Below are positions 45,353 to 57,691 of a stretch of DNA of 64,000 nt, in pieces (within the stretch, counting starts at the first letter, position 1; each line of letters opens with the position of its first letter). The notes under the pieces were generated by a model, which did not search any database, was not told the DNA's origin, and saw only the letters and a list, made by a program, of their open reading frames with translations. This DNA is from TPA_inf: Saccharomyces (taxonomy: Eukaryota), in assembly GCA_000146045.2 (NCBI GenBank), contig BK006942.2, forward strand, positions 288,001 to 352,000, written 5' to 3'. The translations under genes were made by a program, and so were the position numbers.

Positions 45353-45726
45353 GCGAGGTTACTCAGAAACTGTGACTGAAGGCAGAGGTTGGAAACGTGT
45401 GTAGACTCCAAATGGAACGATAGGAACGTGTACCCTACCGCTTCTGCACACGTTTCTTAGATATGCGTGCCTTAAGGCGACCCATTGTTCCTGTTTACCA
45501 TGATTTCTGTAGGCTTTTTTTTAGAAGGCCCTAGAATGGATTGCAGATTTCCGTCTGAGAAGGCAGTATACGTACATATGAATATATATATACATATATT
45601 CTTTGGTGGAGAGTATAAGCGTTTCGTCTCCTCTTCCTTTCTCTACTGCAGATTTTCTTGCTGGTTGTTTGATTTTTTCTTTTTAGTGTTCCCCAGATCC
45701 AATTGTTCAACCGCCCACACACAACA

Positions 45727-46536
45727 ATGTCTTTCACTAAAATCGCTGCCTTATTAGCTGTTGCCGCTGCCTCCACTCAATTGGTTTCTGCTGAAGTTGG
45801 ACAATATGAAATCGTCGAATTTGACGCTATTTTGGCTGATGTCAAGGCCAATTTGGAACAATATATGTCCTTGGCAATGAATAATCCAGACTTTACCCTA
45901 CCATCTGGTGTTTTGGATGTTTACCAACATATGACCACTGCTACTGATGATTCCTACACCAGTTATTTCACCGAAATGGACTTTGCTCAAATCACCACTG
46001 CCATGGTTCAAGTGCCTTGGTACTCTTCTAGACTGGAACCTGAAATCATCGCTGCTTTACAAAGCGCGGGTATCAGTATTACCTCCTTAGGTCAAACCGT
46101 TTCCGAATCTGGTTCCGAATCTGCCACTGCTTCCTCAGACGCTTCTTCTGCTTCTGAATCCTCTTCAGCTGCTTCTTCTTCTGCTTCTGAATCCTCTTCA
46201 GCTGCCTCCTCTTCTGCTTCTGAATCCTCTTCAGCTGCTTCTTCCTCTGCTTCAGAATCTTCTTCTGCTGCCTCCTCTTCTGCTTCTGAAGCTGCTAAGT
46301 CTTCTAGCTCTGCCAAGTCTTCTGGCTCTTCTGCTGCTTCATCTGCTGCTTCATCTGCTTCTTCCAAGGCCTCTTCTGCAGCTTCCTCTTCTGCAAAGGC
46401 CTCCTCTTCTGCAGAAAAATCTACTAATAGCTCCTCCTCTGCTACCTCCAAGAACGCTGGTGCAGCTATGGACATGGGCTTCTTCTCCGCTGGTGTTGGT
46501 GCCGCTATTGCCGGTGCCGCTGCTATGCTCTTATGA
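45727..46536 (+). CDS. TIR3: Srp1/Tip1-family cell-wall mannoprotein (anaerobically induced)
   Basis: Annotated start MSFTKIAALLAVAAAS (269 aa), with a signal peptide, Ser/Ala-rich repeats and a GPI-like hydrophobic C-terminus. The ORF track starts 8 codons upstream. Confidence 0.88.
   Translation: MSFTKIAALLAVAAASTQLVSAEVGQYEIVEFDAILADVKANLEQYMSLAMNNPDFTLPSGVLDVYQHMTTATDDSYTSYFTEMDFAQITTAMVQVPWYSSRLEPEIIAALQSAGISITSLGQTVSESGSESATASSDASSASESSSAASSSASESSSAASSSASESSSAASSSASESSSAASSSASEAAKSSSSAKSSGSSAASSAASSASSKASSAASSSAKASSSAEKSTNSSSSATSKNAGAAMDMGFFSAGVGAAIAGAAAMLL
46141..46300 (+). repeat. In-frame 33-bp tandem repeat, about 4.4 copies, encoding (SESSSAASSSA)n inside TIR3
   Basis: The unit tctgaatcctcttcagctgcttcttcttctgct is repeated with a few substitutions from about 46153 to 46284. 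Confidence 0.85.
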
Positions 46537-46833
46537 TTGTCACTTATTAATGATAAATTATAAAATGTTATATGTAAAAAAACAAATATACACTTTTTGA
46601 ATATTAGTATCCTATTTTAATATACTGTCTCCTAGATAATACAAACTTAATTTGCTTTCTCTTCACACTTTTTTCTTTACTCTTGTAATGTACACTTGGC
46701 TGTACATTAAAAAAAGGAATGTTCGAGCAAGAGCATGAAATCCACAGACGGCTGTGCCATGTAGCAGCCGTCGAGAAAAAAAAGATATAGAAAAGGGAAG
46801 AGAAATATCATTGTTATTACATCCACTGGATGA

Positions 46834-47529
<696 letters not shown>

Positions 47530-47665
47530 AGTTTAATAACCCCCTTTTTGTTTCTCTAGAGGAGTACTTATCGGTAAAATATTCCAAACCCTTCCCTTTA
47601 TATATGTAGATAAACGAAGATATTCTAACTCTCTCACACTTATAAAATATCGAGCCTGCAGAAGG

Positions 47666-48212
47666 TCATAAATATTTATATACAAATGGGAAAGTACTTA
47701 ACGATCCGACTTGATCAATATCAAATATCGTGGCCTGGTTTACATTGAGAACGGGCACTATTTCTTTGGACGAAATGTTGCTTAGGCAAATTTTGAAGTG
47801 AGACATTGCTCGAGAATTTGTTACGTAGACTAAGTCAGCATCGCCAATGATCATTAAGCAATTGGTCGTCTCAGATGTGATCCTGCAATTATGAGTCCTT
47901 TCAAAATTAGATACACACTCTTGGGAAAACTCAACTAAGTATTTGGTGTGAGGAATCTCTTATCGATGCGTATACCTTGTAGTCGCAAACGTTATAAAAT
48001 TTTGTAATTTTGGCGAAATGGCACGGATTGGTTAAAATTGTCGGGCTCATATGCGGTAGCGCTAAGTCCTGCTTGGTCAAGCTAGGAATTACATGGCCAG
48101 AGGGATGATATTGATCATGCTCCGAGTTGTCTTCAATTAATGCCTTTATCCATGGTTGTAGAAAAACTGAGTCTGTTGGCTTTGAATGAGACTCCAGAAT
48201 TACTTTCGGCAT
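47666..48212 (-). CDS. EST3: Telomerase subunit Est3, made by a programmed +1 ribosomal frameshift: complement(join(47666..47935, 47937..48212))
   Basis: ORF1 (93 codons) ends ...HQIL-S-stop at the heptamer CTT-AGT-T (plus strand 47933-47939). The +1 frame continues [38 protein letters not shown]... to a stop at 47666, giving 181 aa. The track shows the two pieces as separate ORFs. Confidence 0.92.
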
Positions 48213-48348
48213 TGTTTACTTGTTATCCCGATTTGTACCCAGGATTTACAGCTTTTAATTCATTATCTATGGTCAACTTTTGCTGTCTAGTTTCATATTT
48301 ACTCGCTACCGTTTCACCAACTGTAGTCATCAGTTATGGTAAAAAAAT

Positions 48349-48420
48349 CTCCGCGACGGGGAATTGAACCCCGATCTGGCACGCGACAAGCGCCCATTCT
48401 GACCATTAAACTATCACGGA
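48349..48420 (-). tRNA. tD(GUC): tRNA-Asp (anticodon GUC), copy 2, identical to copy 1
   Basis: The same 72-nt sequence as at 36303-36374, with the same TAAAAAAA 3' flank. Confidence 0.95.
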
Positions 48421-48699
48421 TTTGTTTCTATGAAAATTTCGTTTATTTGTATAGTATATGTTTTTTTAAAATATAATGAGAATCTGGTAGAAAAGTGTTG
48501 ATAACTAGCAGTTTAAAACGTATCATTTGTTGAAATAAGTACCAACTATCATCCGTCGACTAGTACTCACACAACTATTGAGAAATTCGTAAGTTTTGTA
48601 AAACTGTTGGATACCGTTGCTGTTGAAGGCTATAGTAATAGGCATACAAAATTAGCGGAAGTTTACCTTGGAAATATATCCACAAAAGGGAAACGATAT

Positions 48700-48930
48700 T
48701 TCCTCATAATAATATTGTAATTTCTTTTTCTTTTTATATGTTTCATTATCCTATACATTACCAATACTTGCATTTGAGCATTCATTAAATCTGATGGGTA
48801 CATCTCAATCTTTCTGTCATCTTTTTATAGCATATATGGTAACATGCTAGTAGTATGAATACTAGTCGATATACGTAAATAAATTTTCATTTTAAAATGG
48901 ATATGCCTAATCTGATAGATTCTATTAGCT
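48700..48930 (-). mobile_element. Diverged delta-like solo LTR remnant upstream of tD(GUC) copy 2
   Basis: CTTTTTATATGTTTCATTATCCTATACATTACCAATACTTGCATTTGAGC is similar to the reverse complement of the delta internal region (CGTTTTATATGTTT.TATTC...CCTATTACATTATCAATCCTTGCGTTTCAGC). The rest is weaker, so the boundaries are approximate. Confidence 0.4.
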
Positions 48931-51225
48931 GATTTTTCTACTACTTTTCATGTTCGTTTTTCAATAATTTGCAAGTTATATATCTTTGCCTCCGCTATAC
49001 CGTGATGAAGGTTAATGCGTAAGTTGCAGGCGAGGCATGATATGGACCACAACCCAGTTCGAACATAAAGAACTGAAAAACCATGAGCTGTTTGATTAAT
49101 TCAAAACAGCTGCTCACAATTTGGCCCAAGTTCAAACCTTTGTCTTTGAAGCATGGAACGTGCCGTTATTTTCATGCTAGTGTAATTTTTGCCTGTTTCA
49201 TCCCTCCCATCAAAAAATTCATCACGAAGTGCTAAAGGAAAACAAAAAAAATATCAAAGAGAGGAGACGGCTTAAAAGCCCTTATTCAATTGAAGAAATC
49301 CCCTGACCTCTGCAAAAAATCTATCGTTTATTTTATTTCTTTGTCTTACGTAACAAATTTATTTTCTGGGATGATGTCAATTCTATTTGGCACGCGAGTC
49401 ATCGTCTATATAAGGAGGTAACGAGGTCCTTGTATATTTGATGATCCTCACTATCAACACGTCGAGGGACGGTTGGTGACGAACTCAACTTATGTTATAG
49501 TTTTGGACCACTCTTTTCCTTGAAAAATTACAGGCATTATACGCAGTCCTGGGGCAGGAGCGCTTCGATCATTAGCATAACAGGATCACGGTTATCACCT
49601 GTTTTGTTATAATTCATGGCCTTTAGGTCATGACGTAAAATAATCGGAGTGAAAAAATGAAATCAAAGGCTATCATTTTTAGGGGAACTAAAGCACAAGG
49701 ATTTGAAGGCGTAGTGAAATAATGAATAATAGATAATCTATGGACCGAACACAGACGTATTTAAAGACAATACAAGGCCATTAATTCCCTTCGGAGGGCT
49801 CCCGATGGGAGGATTCTTAGCATGCTCTTTCTAGCCAACAGTATCACTTTCATCAGAAAACGGAAGCCTCCAAAAAGCTACGCTAAACGCTTTTTTGTTT
49901 TGGATTATCGCAGAAAATTGGTGACATTCTTGATTAAGAATAAACGGTGACTAGCAAGAAAAGGACATGTCAGGTACCAGTAAAGTCCGATTTAAGATCA
50001 AATCAGCGCCTTTAAAGAATCTTGAGATCTTAGTAATCCCGATGGAAGGAAAGAGGTAAACAAACGAATAACTTAACCCTTAAGATGATTCTATACATAG
50101 CATGATCTATCCAAGGAACGACCGACGCCCTTAAAAGGGTTCTGCTCAGATTTCGTTAAATACCCGGACCATCGTAGATGATTGTTTTTACTCTCCCCTA
50201 ACGATGTACTATGCCATAATAAGCATTTTTTTTTTCTTTCTTCACTGCAGCTCTGCTTTGAAAACACTACATCTAAGGCGCTGACGCCAACGCCCAGACT
50301 AAATCATCATATAATATCAAACGCCCAACAAAATATTAGAAATAGCTCAACAATAGAGCGCCAAAAGTTTACCGGAACGAACCATCATTGTTTACAGGCA
50401 AGCACCCATTTGGAAGGGTACGTAAACTAAATAAATAAGACAAGAAATTTTTTTTATATCTGGAATTTCCTTTGCATTTTAGTGATCCCACCATTACAGA
50501 TAACTAAACCAGGATAAAAAACAAAAATAATGACATTAATGATACCTTAACTAACGTATAGCAAGCGAAGCAACCACCCATCAGATTTTTGTCCCCGTTT
50601 GGAAACTGGAATGCTATGACCACTTTTATCACTACAGCTAACCACTTGTCGGAATGAAGATACGAAAGAGAAATCTTTATTGGACCACTTTTTCTTTCGC
50701 TAGAGGTCCTACCTAGCGTATTGCACCCAAGTGATTATTGCGACCTCTGAGTGTCAGAAACTTACGAAGTAAAATTCATAGTTGTGCCTTTCGTCAAGAA
50801 TCGGAAAGCGTAAAAATAGGCTACGGTCTTTGTCAAGGCGAAATTTTGGAGATTTCAGACGCATGATACCAGCAGTTTTTGGTAATATACTTTTTCAGGT
50901 AAAAGCTTTCTACGGCCACTGAAAGTAATGCAGAAGCTTAAGGCTACAGATGAAATGGCCGACCCAAACTAACCAAGCACAACATCAATTACAGAACCGA
51001 CAATCGAAAATCCTAAAAAAAAAGAACATCGAGTGAACTTTTCGTTATCTCAAAGCTTTAAAGTTAAAAGTGGCAGAAGCCTTGGCTATTCTGTTTCTCT
51101 CTTAGATTCTCGCACGACAGCATCGAGCGAAGTTGCAAAACCATATATTTCAGTTCTCTAAACGATCTTTCCCCGAACTCCAATCGAAATAGACTTAACC
51201 CGCAACATAACTGACATTCTTCCTC

Positions 51226-51250
51226 TTTTTTTTTTTTTTTTTTTTTTTTT
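51226..51250 (+). promoter_or_regulatory. T25 homopolymer (poly dA:dT) about 95 bp upstream of the FAA3 ATG
   Basis: An uninterrupted run of 25 T. Such tracts exclude nucleosomes at yeast promoters. Confidence 0.6.
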
Positions 51251-51343
51251 GCTATTTGCTTTCTGCATGCATAAAAGCGAGACTAGCGTATTAACACTTT
51301 ATCACTTTCCCTCTCTTCCTGAAGCTGACATGAGCATACATCA

Positions 51344-53428
51344 ATGTCCGAACAACACTCTGTCGCAGTCGGTAAAGCTGCTAATGAGCACGAGACTGCC
51401 CCTAGGAGAAATGTTAGAGTCAAGAAGCGGCCCTTAATTAGACCATTGAACTCGTCAGCATCTACGCTGTATGAATTTGCCCTAGAGTGTTTCAACAAGG
51501 GTGGAAAACGAGATGGTATGGCTTGGAGAGATGTCATCGAGATTCATGAGACAAAGAAAACCATTGTGAGAAAGGTAGACGGCAAGGATAAATCTATAGA
51601 AAAGACATGGCTGTATTATGAAATGTCACCATATAAAATGATGACCTACCAGGAACTGATCTGGGTGATGCACGATATGGGCCGTGGGCTGGCAAAAATA
51701 GGCATCAAGCCCAATGGAGAACACAAATTCCACATCTTCGCATCTACTTCCCATAAATGGATGAAGATTTTCCTTGGTTGCATATCCCAGGGTATCCCCG
51801 TAGTAACCGCGTATGATACTTTGGGTGAGAGCGGTTTGATTCACTCCATGGTTGAAACCGAGTCTGCTGCTATTTTCACTGATAATCAATTATTGGCTAA
51901 AATGATAGTGCCTTTGCAATCTGCTAAAGATATCAAATTTCTTATCCATAACGAACCTATCGACCCCAATGACAGAAGACAAAACGGCAAACTTTACAAG
52001 GCTGCTAAGGATGCCATTAATAAGATCAGAGAAGTTAGGCCAGACATAAAAATTTATAGTTTTGAAGAAGTTGTCAAGATAGGTAAAAAAAGTAAAGATG
52101 AGGTCAAACTTCATCCACCTGAGCCAAAAGATTTGGCTTGTATCATGTACACCTCGGGCTCGATCAGTGCACCAAAAGGTGTAGTATTGACTCATTATAA
52201 TATTGTTTCGGGTATCGCTGGTGTAGGTCACAACGTCTTTGGATGGATCGGCTCTACAGACCGTGTTTTGTCGTTCTTGCCATTGGCTCATATTTTTGAA
52301 CTGGTCTTTGAATTCGAAGCCTTTTACTGGAACGGTATTCTTGGGTACGGTAGTGTTAAGACTTTGACTAATACTTCGACTCGTAATTGTAAGGGTGACC
52401 TGGTTGAGTTTAAGCCTACTATTATGATCGGTGTGGCTGCCGTTTGGGAAACTGTGAGAAAAGCTATTTTGGAAAAGATCAGCGATTTAACTCCCGTACT
52501 CCAAAAGATTTTTTGGTCTGCCTATAGTATGAAAGAAAAGAGTGTACCATGCACCGGGTTTTTAAGTCGTATGGTCTTCAAGAAAGTCAGACAAGCCACC
52601 GGTGGTCATCTTAAGTATATTATGAACGGTGGGTCTGCGATCAGTATTGATGCTCAGAAATTCTTTTCTATCGTCCTGTGTCCTATGATTATCGGTTACG
52701 GCCTTACTGAAACAGTTGCGAATGCTTGTGTTTTGGAGCCTGATCATTTCGAATATGGTATAGTTGGTGATCTTGTTGGATCGGTCACTGCCAAATTGGT
52801 GGATGTTAAGGACCTAGGTTATTATGCAAAAAACAATCAAGGTGAATTGCTTCTAAAGGGTGCGCCGGTCTGTTCTGAATATTATAAGAATCCAATAGAA
52901 ACGGCGGTCTCTTTCACTTACGATGGATGGTTTCGTACTGGTGATATTGTTGAATGGACTCCCAAGGGACAACTTAAAATTATTGATAGAAGAAAGAATT
53001 TGGTTAAAACCCTAAATGGTGAATATATTGCATTAGAAAAGTTAGAATCTGTTTACAGGTCAAACTCCTATGTGAAAAATATCTGTGTTTATGCCGATGA
53101 AAGTAGGGTTAAACCGGTGGGTATTGTGGTACCCAACCCAGGACCCCTATCTAAATTTGCTGTCAAATTGCGTATTATGAAAAAGGGTGAAGACATCGAA
53201 AACTATATCCATGACAAAGCATTACGAAATGCTGTTTTCAAAGAGATGATCGCAACAGCCAAATCTCAAGGTTTGGTTGGTATTGAACTATTATGTGGTA
53301 TTGTTTTCTTTGATGAAGAATGGACACCTGAAAATGGCTTTGTCACATCTGCTCAAAAATTAAAGAGAAGAGAAATCTTAGCCGCTGTTAAATCAGAAGT
53401 CGAAAGGGTTTACAAAGAAAATTCTTAG
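51344..53428 (+). CDS. FAA3: Long-chain fatty-acyl-CoA synthetase
   Basis: 694-aa ORF with the AMP-binding signature IMYTSGSISAPKGV and an acyl-CoA synthetase fold. Confidence 0.9.
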   Translation: MSEQHSVAVGKAANEHETAPRRNVRVKKRPLIRPLNSSASTLYEFALECFNKGGKRDGMAWRDVIEIHETKKTIVRKVDGKDKSIEKTWLYYEMSPYKMMTYQELIWVMHDMGRGLAKIGIKPNGEHKFHIFASTSHKWMKIFLGCISQGIPVVTAYDTLGESGLIHSMVETESAAIFTDNQLLAKMIVPLQSAKDIKFLIHNEPIDPNDRRQNGKLYKAAKDAINKIREVRPDIKIYSFEEVVKIGKKSKDEVKLHPPEPKDLACIMYTSGSISAPKGVVLTHYNIVSGIAGVGHNVFGWIGSTDRVLSFLPLAHIFELVFEFEAFYWNGILGYGSVKTLTNTSTRNCKGDLVEFKPTIMIGVAAVWETVRKAILEKISDLTPVLQKIFWSAYSMKEKSVPCTGFLSRMVFKKVRQATGGHLKYIMNGGSAISIDAQKFFSIVLCPMIIGYGLTETVANACVLEPDHFEYGIVGDLVGSVTAKLVDVKDLGYYAKNNQGELLLKGAPVCSEYYKNPIETAVSFTYDGWFRTGDIVEWTPKGQLKIIDRRKNLVKTLNGEYIALEKLESVYRSNSYVKNICVYADESRVKPVGIVVPNPGPLSKFAVKLRIMKKGEDIENYIHDKALRNAVFKEMIATAKSQGLVGIELLCGIVFFDEEWTPENGFVTSAQKLKRREILAAVKSEVERVYKENS

Positions 53429-54535
53429 AGAGAAGCTTATTACCTTCCCCTTCCATCTATGCACGGTGTCTCGTACTTCCATAGAGCACCGATTAGTGAA
53501 TACTAAAACTATGTGCGTGATAAATGGTTCTCTTTTACAGATGCGGTAAATCAATTATTGATATACTACATAACATACAAACATGTTTCATTTCCGTAAT
53601 ACAAATTACAATTGTATAATTAAAAAATATAAAAAACTTCGTGATATGAAATCACATTTTGCTATTGAGTTTGCCACATGAGCGGTATACGAACTATTCG
53701 TTATTTTATGACTTTAAAAGCCATACCGAAAGTAGGCTTGAGAAGTATGACTACTGTAGGAGTGACCACTACTGTTAAATGCAGATAGCCGTCTTATGCT
53801 CTTCCCTTGTTCTTCTGAATTGGGAATGCATAGCTTGAAACATCAATCTTAATAAGGTCTTGTTTGTTTCTGCTTGGCTTTCATAGTAGCAAATAGTTTC
53901 GACCTTAATGTAAGAAATAAAAGCAATCGTTAATTTGAGTAAAGATAACCACTCTTCCTCTTCTACTATCAATATAATAAGAATAACGCTTATGGTTTAT
54001 TTTAGCTTTTTTGAAAGCTAAACATTAAAAAAGAATAAAAATGCACGGCATACCTACATATTTTAAAAACATATATTTTATGATTGACTTTAGCAAAAGT
54101 TGGCGCTGGGTACTTTGAGACTCTTTCCTACAAAACGTTACCAACACTTGCTAGTCTAATCTAATCTACTTAATCAAGGTTTTAGTGGCGTACCATGTGA
54201 CGGCCATCAAATGCCATCAGTTCTACAAGTTCACATATATTTATATATAACTATTCTCCTAACTTGTATAATATTATACCGAGACAGAGGATAGATTCAA
54301 TTGATTTCACATACCGGATTATGTTCCTTCCCAAGTTCTCAATCTTATTTAGACTTTTTTTTTTAATTACATTGTCGCCCACTTCGGCAGAAAAAATATA
54401 ACGACAAAGTAATGGCATCGCATCGACCTAATGAAATACTACTGGCAGACGGTATGGAGAGCTCAAAAATTCCCAAAGCAGAAAACAATACTGATTTCTG
54501 ATACTAAAACGAGATAGGTTAATAGCAAAATCGGG

Positions 54536-54835
54536 ATGGTAAACGTGAAAGTGGAGTTTCTAGGTGGACTTGATGCTATTTTTGGAAAACAAAGAGTACA
54601 TAAAATTAAGATGGACAAAGAAGATCCTGTCACAGTGGGCGATTTGATTGACCACATTGTATCTACTATGATCAATAACCCTAATGACGTTAGTATCTTC
54701 ATCGAAGATGATTCTATAAGACCCGGTATCATCACATTAATCAACGACACCGATTGGGAGCTCGAAGGCGAAAAAGACTACATATTGGAAGACGGTGACA
54801 TCATCTCTTTTACTTCAACATTACATGGTGGTTAA
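54536..54835 (+). CDS. URM1: Ubiquitin-related modifier and sulfur carrier
   Basis: 99-aa ORF with a beta-grasp fold ending in ...STLHGG, a C-terminal Gly-Gly. Confidence 0.92.
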
Positions 54836-54993
54836 AAATAGCAGCAAATAATTTTTAAGAAGCAGCTACATATATATATATAAAGTGCTGTACAGCTTGA
54901 ATGAATCACAAGTTAGATAACGTAGGTAATATGCAGATAGTATAAAAAGTAATAGTAATAACTGGATTGGTTTTTTTTAGTACATGACGAAGA

Positions 54994-55656
54994 TTATAGC
55001 TCTTGTATCCTACAACCCAAAAGACCTCTACCATTCCAGTTTCTCGAAGGTGTTAGCGATGTCTTTAGGATTTGCCCTTCTCTCAAGAGAAGGACGGGAA
55101 GTGGCCTGTCTTCATTTTTCATTACAACCATCTGAATGTTTTGAAGTTTAGAGTGGTTTGCCGCATGCACATTACCAATAGAAATCAGCTTATCATCAAC
55201 CTTTATGTCTGCTTTATCTGAAGGGCTACCGGGTACTACCTCACTGATAAATGCAAAAGGGATGGTATACTGAATAGCTTGATCGTCGTTATTCCTTCTT
55301 GCATCTTGGTTTGACTTAACGTTCATATTATCAAAGTGCTGGTTTAGTAAGACGTGTGATCTTTGCAAAAGGTGATTTAAATCATTCTTCAGCATATTAA
55401 CATTCTTTCTGATCATAGTGACTTGCAATACATCGACATCCGAACGAGGATACCCGTCTGGCGTCACCAACGCAGAGTCCATGCCGATGCCTTGCTGCTC
55501 AAGCACACTGAAATACGCCTCTAGTTGTGTCTCAATATCTGTCTTTAGAACCATCAATTCCGACAGTTTGAAGCTGTCTATTTGACTAATTCTTGATGTT
55601 AGGCTCGGATCTATCTTAACATTGGCCAACAATTTACTTAATTCTTCTTCCTCCAT
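54994..55656 (-). CDS. NAS2: Proteasome 19S regulatory-particle assembly chaperone (PDZ protein)
   Basis: 220-aa ORF with an N-terminal helical domain and a C-terminal PDZ domain. Confidence 0.85.
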   Translation of the reverse strand: MEEEELSKLLANVKIDPSLTSRISQIDSFKLSELMVLKTDIETQLEAYFSVLEQQGIGMDSALVTPDGYPRSDVDVLQVTMIRKNVNMLKNDLNHLLQRSHVLLNQHFDNMNVKSNQDARRNNDDQAIQYTIPFAFISEVVPGSPSDKADIKVDDKLISIGNVHAANHSKLQNIQMVVMKNEDRPLPVLLLREGQILKTSLTPSRNWNGRGLLGCRIQEL

Positions 55657-56061
55657 TGTAGTTCGTTCTTATTCTAATTCTTGCTCCTTTTTACTCTGGT
55701 GATAACTTTTCTATCTCTCAATGCTGAACATTTTTTTTCCCTTTATTATCCAATATTCCAACCGTTATAAAGTAAGCCTTATCGAACACAATCCACGGCG
55801 CACGCAAGGGACAGCAAATTTCGAGAATTAATGAATAGCCAGTAGTAAGATCCGTATTGATAAAGGTCATAGATCCCAACCTTTATGTGAGCCAGCCCGA
55901 AGGGCCCTTTAAATGACTCTCATAATATGGTCCAATAGCACCAATTTCTAGGGGTTACCCACCGGCCTAGTGCTTAATCGAATTCTGAAAAGAATCTCTA
56001 CTACAGACTGCCAACCGTAATAGTAGTGAGATCAACACTGAAGGCAGCAGTCTTTAGCACA

Positions 56062-57183
56062 ATGACACAGACTGATAATCCTGTCCCCAACTGCGGTTTA
56101 CTGCCCGAGCAGCAGTATTGCTCTGCAGACCATGAAGAGCCACTGTTGTTGCATGAAGAACAATTGATATTCCCTGATCATTCCTCCCAACTGTCCTCAG
56201 CAGATATCATCGAGCCCATCAAGATGAACAGCAGTACTGAGTCAATTATAGGGACAACGCTGCGAAAGAAATGGGTACCACTATCCTCAACTCAGATCAC
56301 AGCTCTTTCCGGCGCATTTGCTGGATTCTTATCAGGTGTGGCAGTATGTCCCCTCGATGTTGCCAAAACGCGATTGCAAGCACAAGGACTACAAACTAGG
56401 TTCGAGAACCCCTACTATAGGGGGATAATGGGGACATTAAGTACTATAGTAAGAGACGAAGGCCCGCGGGGCCTCTACAAAGGGCTGGTACCGATTGTCC
56501 TGGGCTACTTCCCAACCTGGATGATATACTTCTCCGTGTATGAATTCAGCAAAAAGTTCTTTCACGGCATCTTCCCACAGTTTGATTTTGTTGCTCAGTC
56601 ATGTGCTGCAATCACGGCAGGCGCTGCATCTACCACCTTGACCAACCCAATCTGGGTTGTGAAGACAAGACTTATGCTGCAATCAAACCTCGGTGAGCAC
56701 CCCACACATTACAAAGGCACTTTCGATGCATTCAGAAAGCTATTTTATCAGGAAGGGTTTAAAGCATTATATGCGGGGCTGGTCCCCTCATTATTAGGGC
56801 TATTTCATGTGGCTATCCATTTCCCTATATACGAAGATTTGAAGGTAAGATTTCACTGCTATTCTCGGGAGAACAACACCAACTCCATCAACTTGCAACG
56901 GTTGATCATGGCATCGTCCGTCTCTAAGATGATTGCATCAGCAGTAACATATCCGCACGAAATTTTACGAACCAGAATGCAACTGAAATCAGATATACCA
57001 GATTCCATTCAACGACGTCTGTTCCCCCTCATTAAAGCAACTTATGCACAAGAGGGACTAAAGGGATTTTATTCTGGATTTACTACTAACCTAGTACGAA
57101 CCATTCCGGCCTCGGCAATCACTCTAGTGTCCTTTGAGTATTTCAGAAACCGCCTAGAAAATATTAGCACTATGGTAATTTAA
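56062..57183 (+). CDS. YIA6: Mitochondrial NAD+ carrier (mitochondrial carrier family)
   Basis: Annotated start MTQTDNPV (373 aa). Three mitochondrial-carrier repeats with P.D..K.R.Q signatures ([30 protein letters not shown]). Confidence 0.88.
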   Translation: MTQTDNPVPNCGLLPEQQYCSADHEEPLLLHEEQLIFPDHSSQLSSADIIEPIKMNSSTESIIGTTLRKKWVPLSSTQITALSGAFAGFLSGVAVCPLDVAKTRLQAQGLQTRFENPYYRGIMGTLSTIVRDEGPRGLYKGLVPIVLGYFPTWMIYFSVYEFSKKFFHGIFPQFDFVAQSCAAITAGAASTTLTNPIWVVKTRLMLQSNLGEHPTHYKGTFDAFRKLFYQEGFKALYAGLVPSLLGLFHVAIHFPIYEDLKVRFHCYSRENNTNSINLQRLIMASSVSKMIASAVTYPHEILRTRMQLKSDIPDSIQRRLFPLIKATYAQEGLKGFYSGFTTNLVRTIPASAITLVSFEYFRNRLENISTMVI

Positions 57184-57691
57184 AGCCTTAAAATTCACAC
57201 ACGCCACACATTGAGTGTGCTATGAATATGCCTGCGCTAATATTTTAGGTATTACAGCTTGTAAATATACCAAATAAGGTAAGCCTCTCTTTTCCTAATA
57301 CTAAAAGGATTTGCATCGAACAGCCCACCAAATGCTTTGCGCACACATTATATACACCCACATGATTCTATAGACAAAATATACTTATACATTTTCATAG
57401 TCTTGACAATATTCTACATTGGCCGTTTTCTTGGCACTATTTTAGCTTATCCTTACCAAAATAGTCTCTTTTTTAAATACTATTTTTGAAGCGGAAATAG
57501 GTGCGAACAAATGAATGGCTTCAATTTAGTGCGATAAAGACGTAAAGCATAAACCAGTGAAGATCATAGCACTAAGAAGGCGCCTGTACTGTTCCTCGTG
57601 TTGATACTCATTTCCTTATTTATTTTCCTCAAGAAATTCTATCCAGGAAAGAAAAATACTATCTATAAAAACTAGCTGTAAGGCAGCAGCC

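Noticed and set aside
46092-46475. 127-aa acidic ORF (EEAAEE repeats) antisense to TIR3
   Set aside because: It is a direct artefact of the Ser/Ala codon repeat on the sense strand.
49790-49830. Small hairpin-like inverted repeat (CTCCC-GAT-GGGAG within CCTTCGGAGGGCTCCCGATGGGAGG) in the FAA3 upstream region as a possible structured RNA
   Set aside because: A 5-bp stem alone is far below significance, and there is no flanking tRNA- or snoRNA-like structure or box motif.
51283-51537. 84-aa minus-strand ORF across the FAA3 start
   Set aside because: It overlaps the FAA3 ATG region antisense and is probably spurious.
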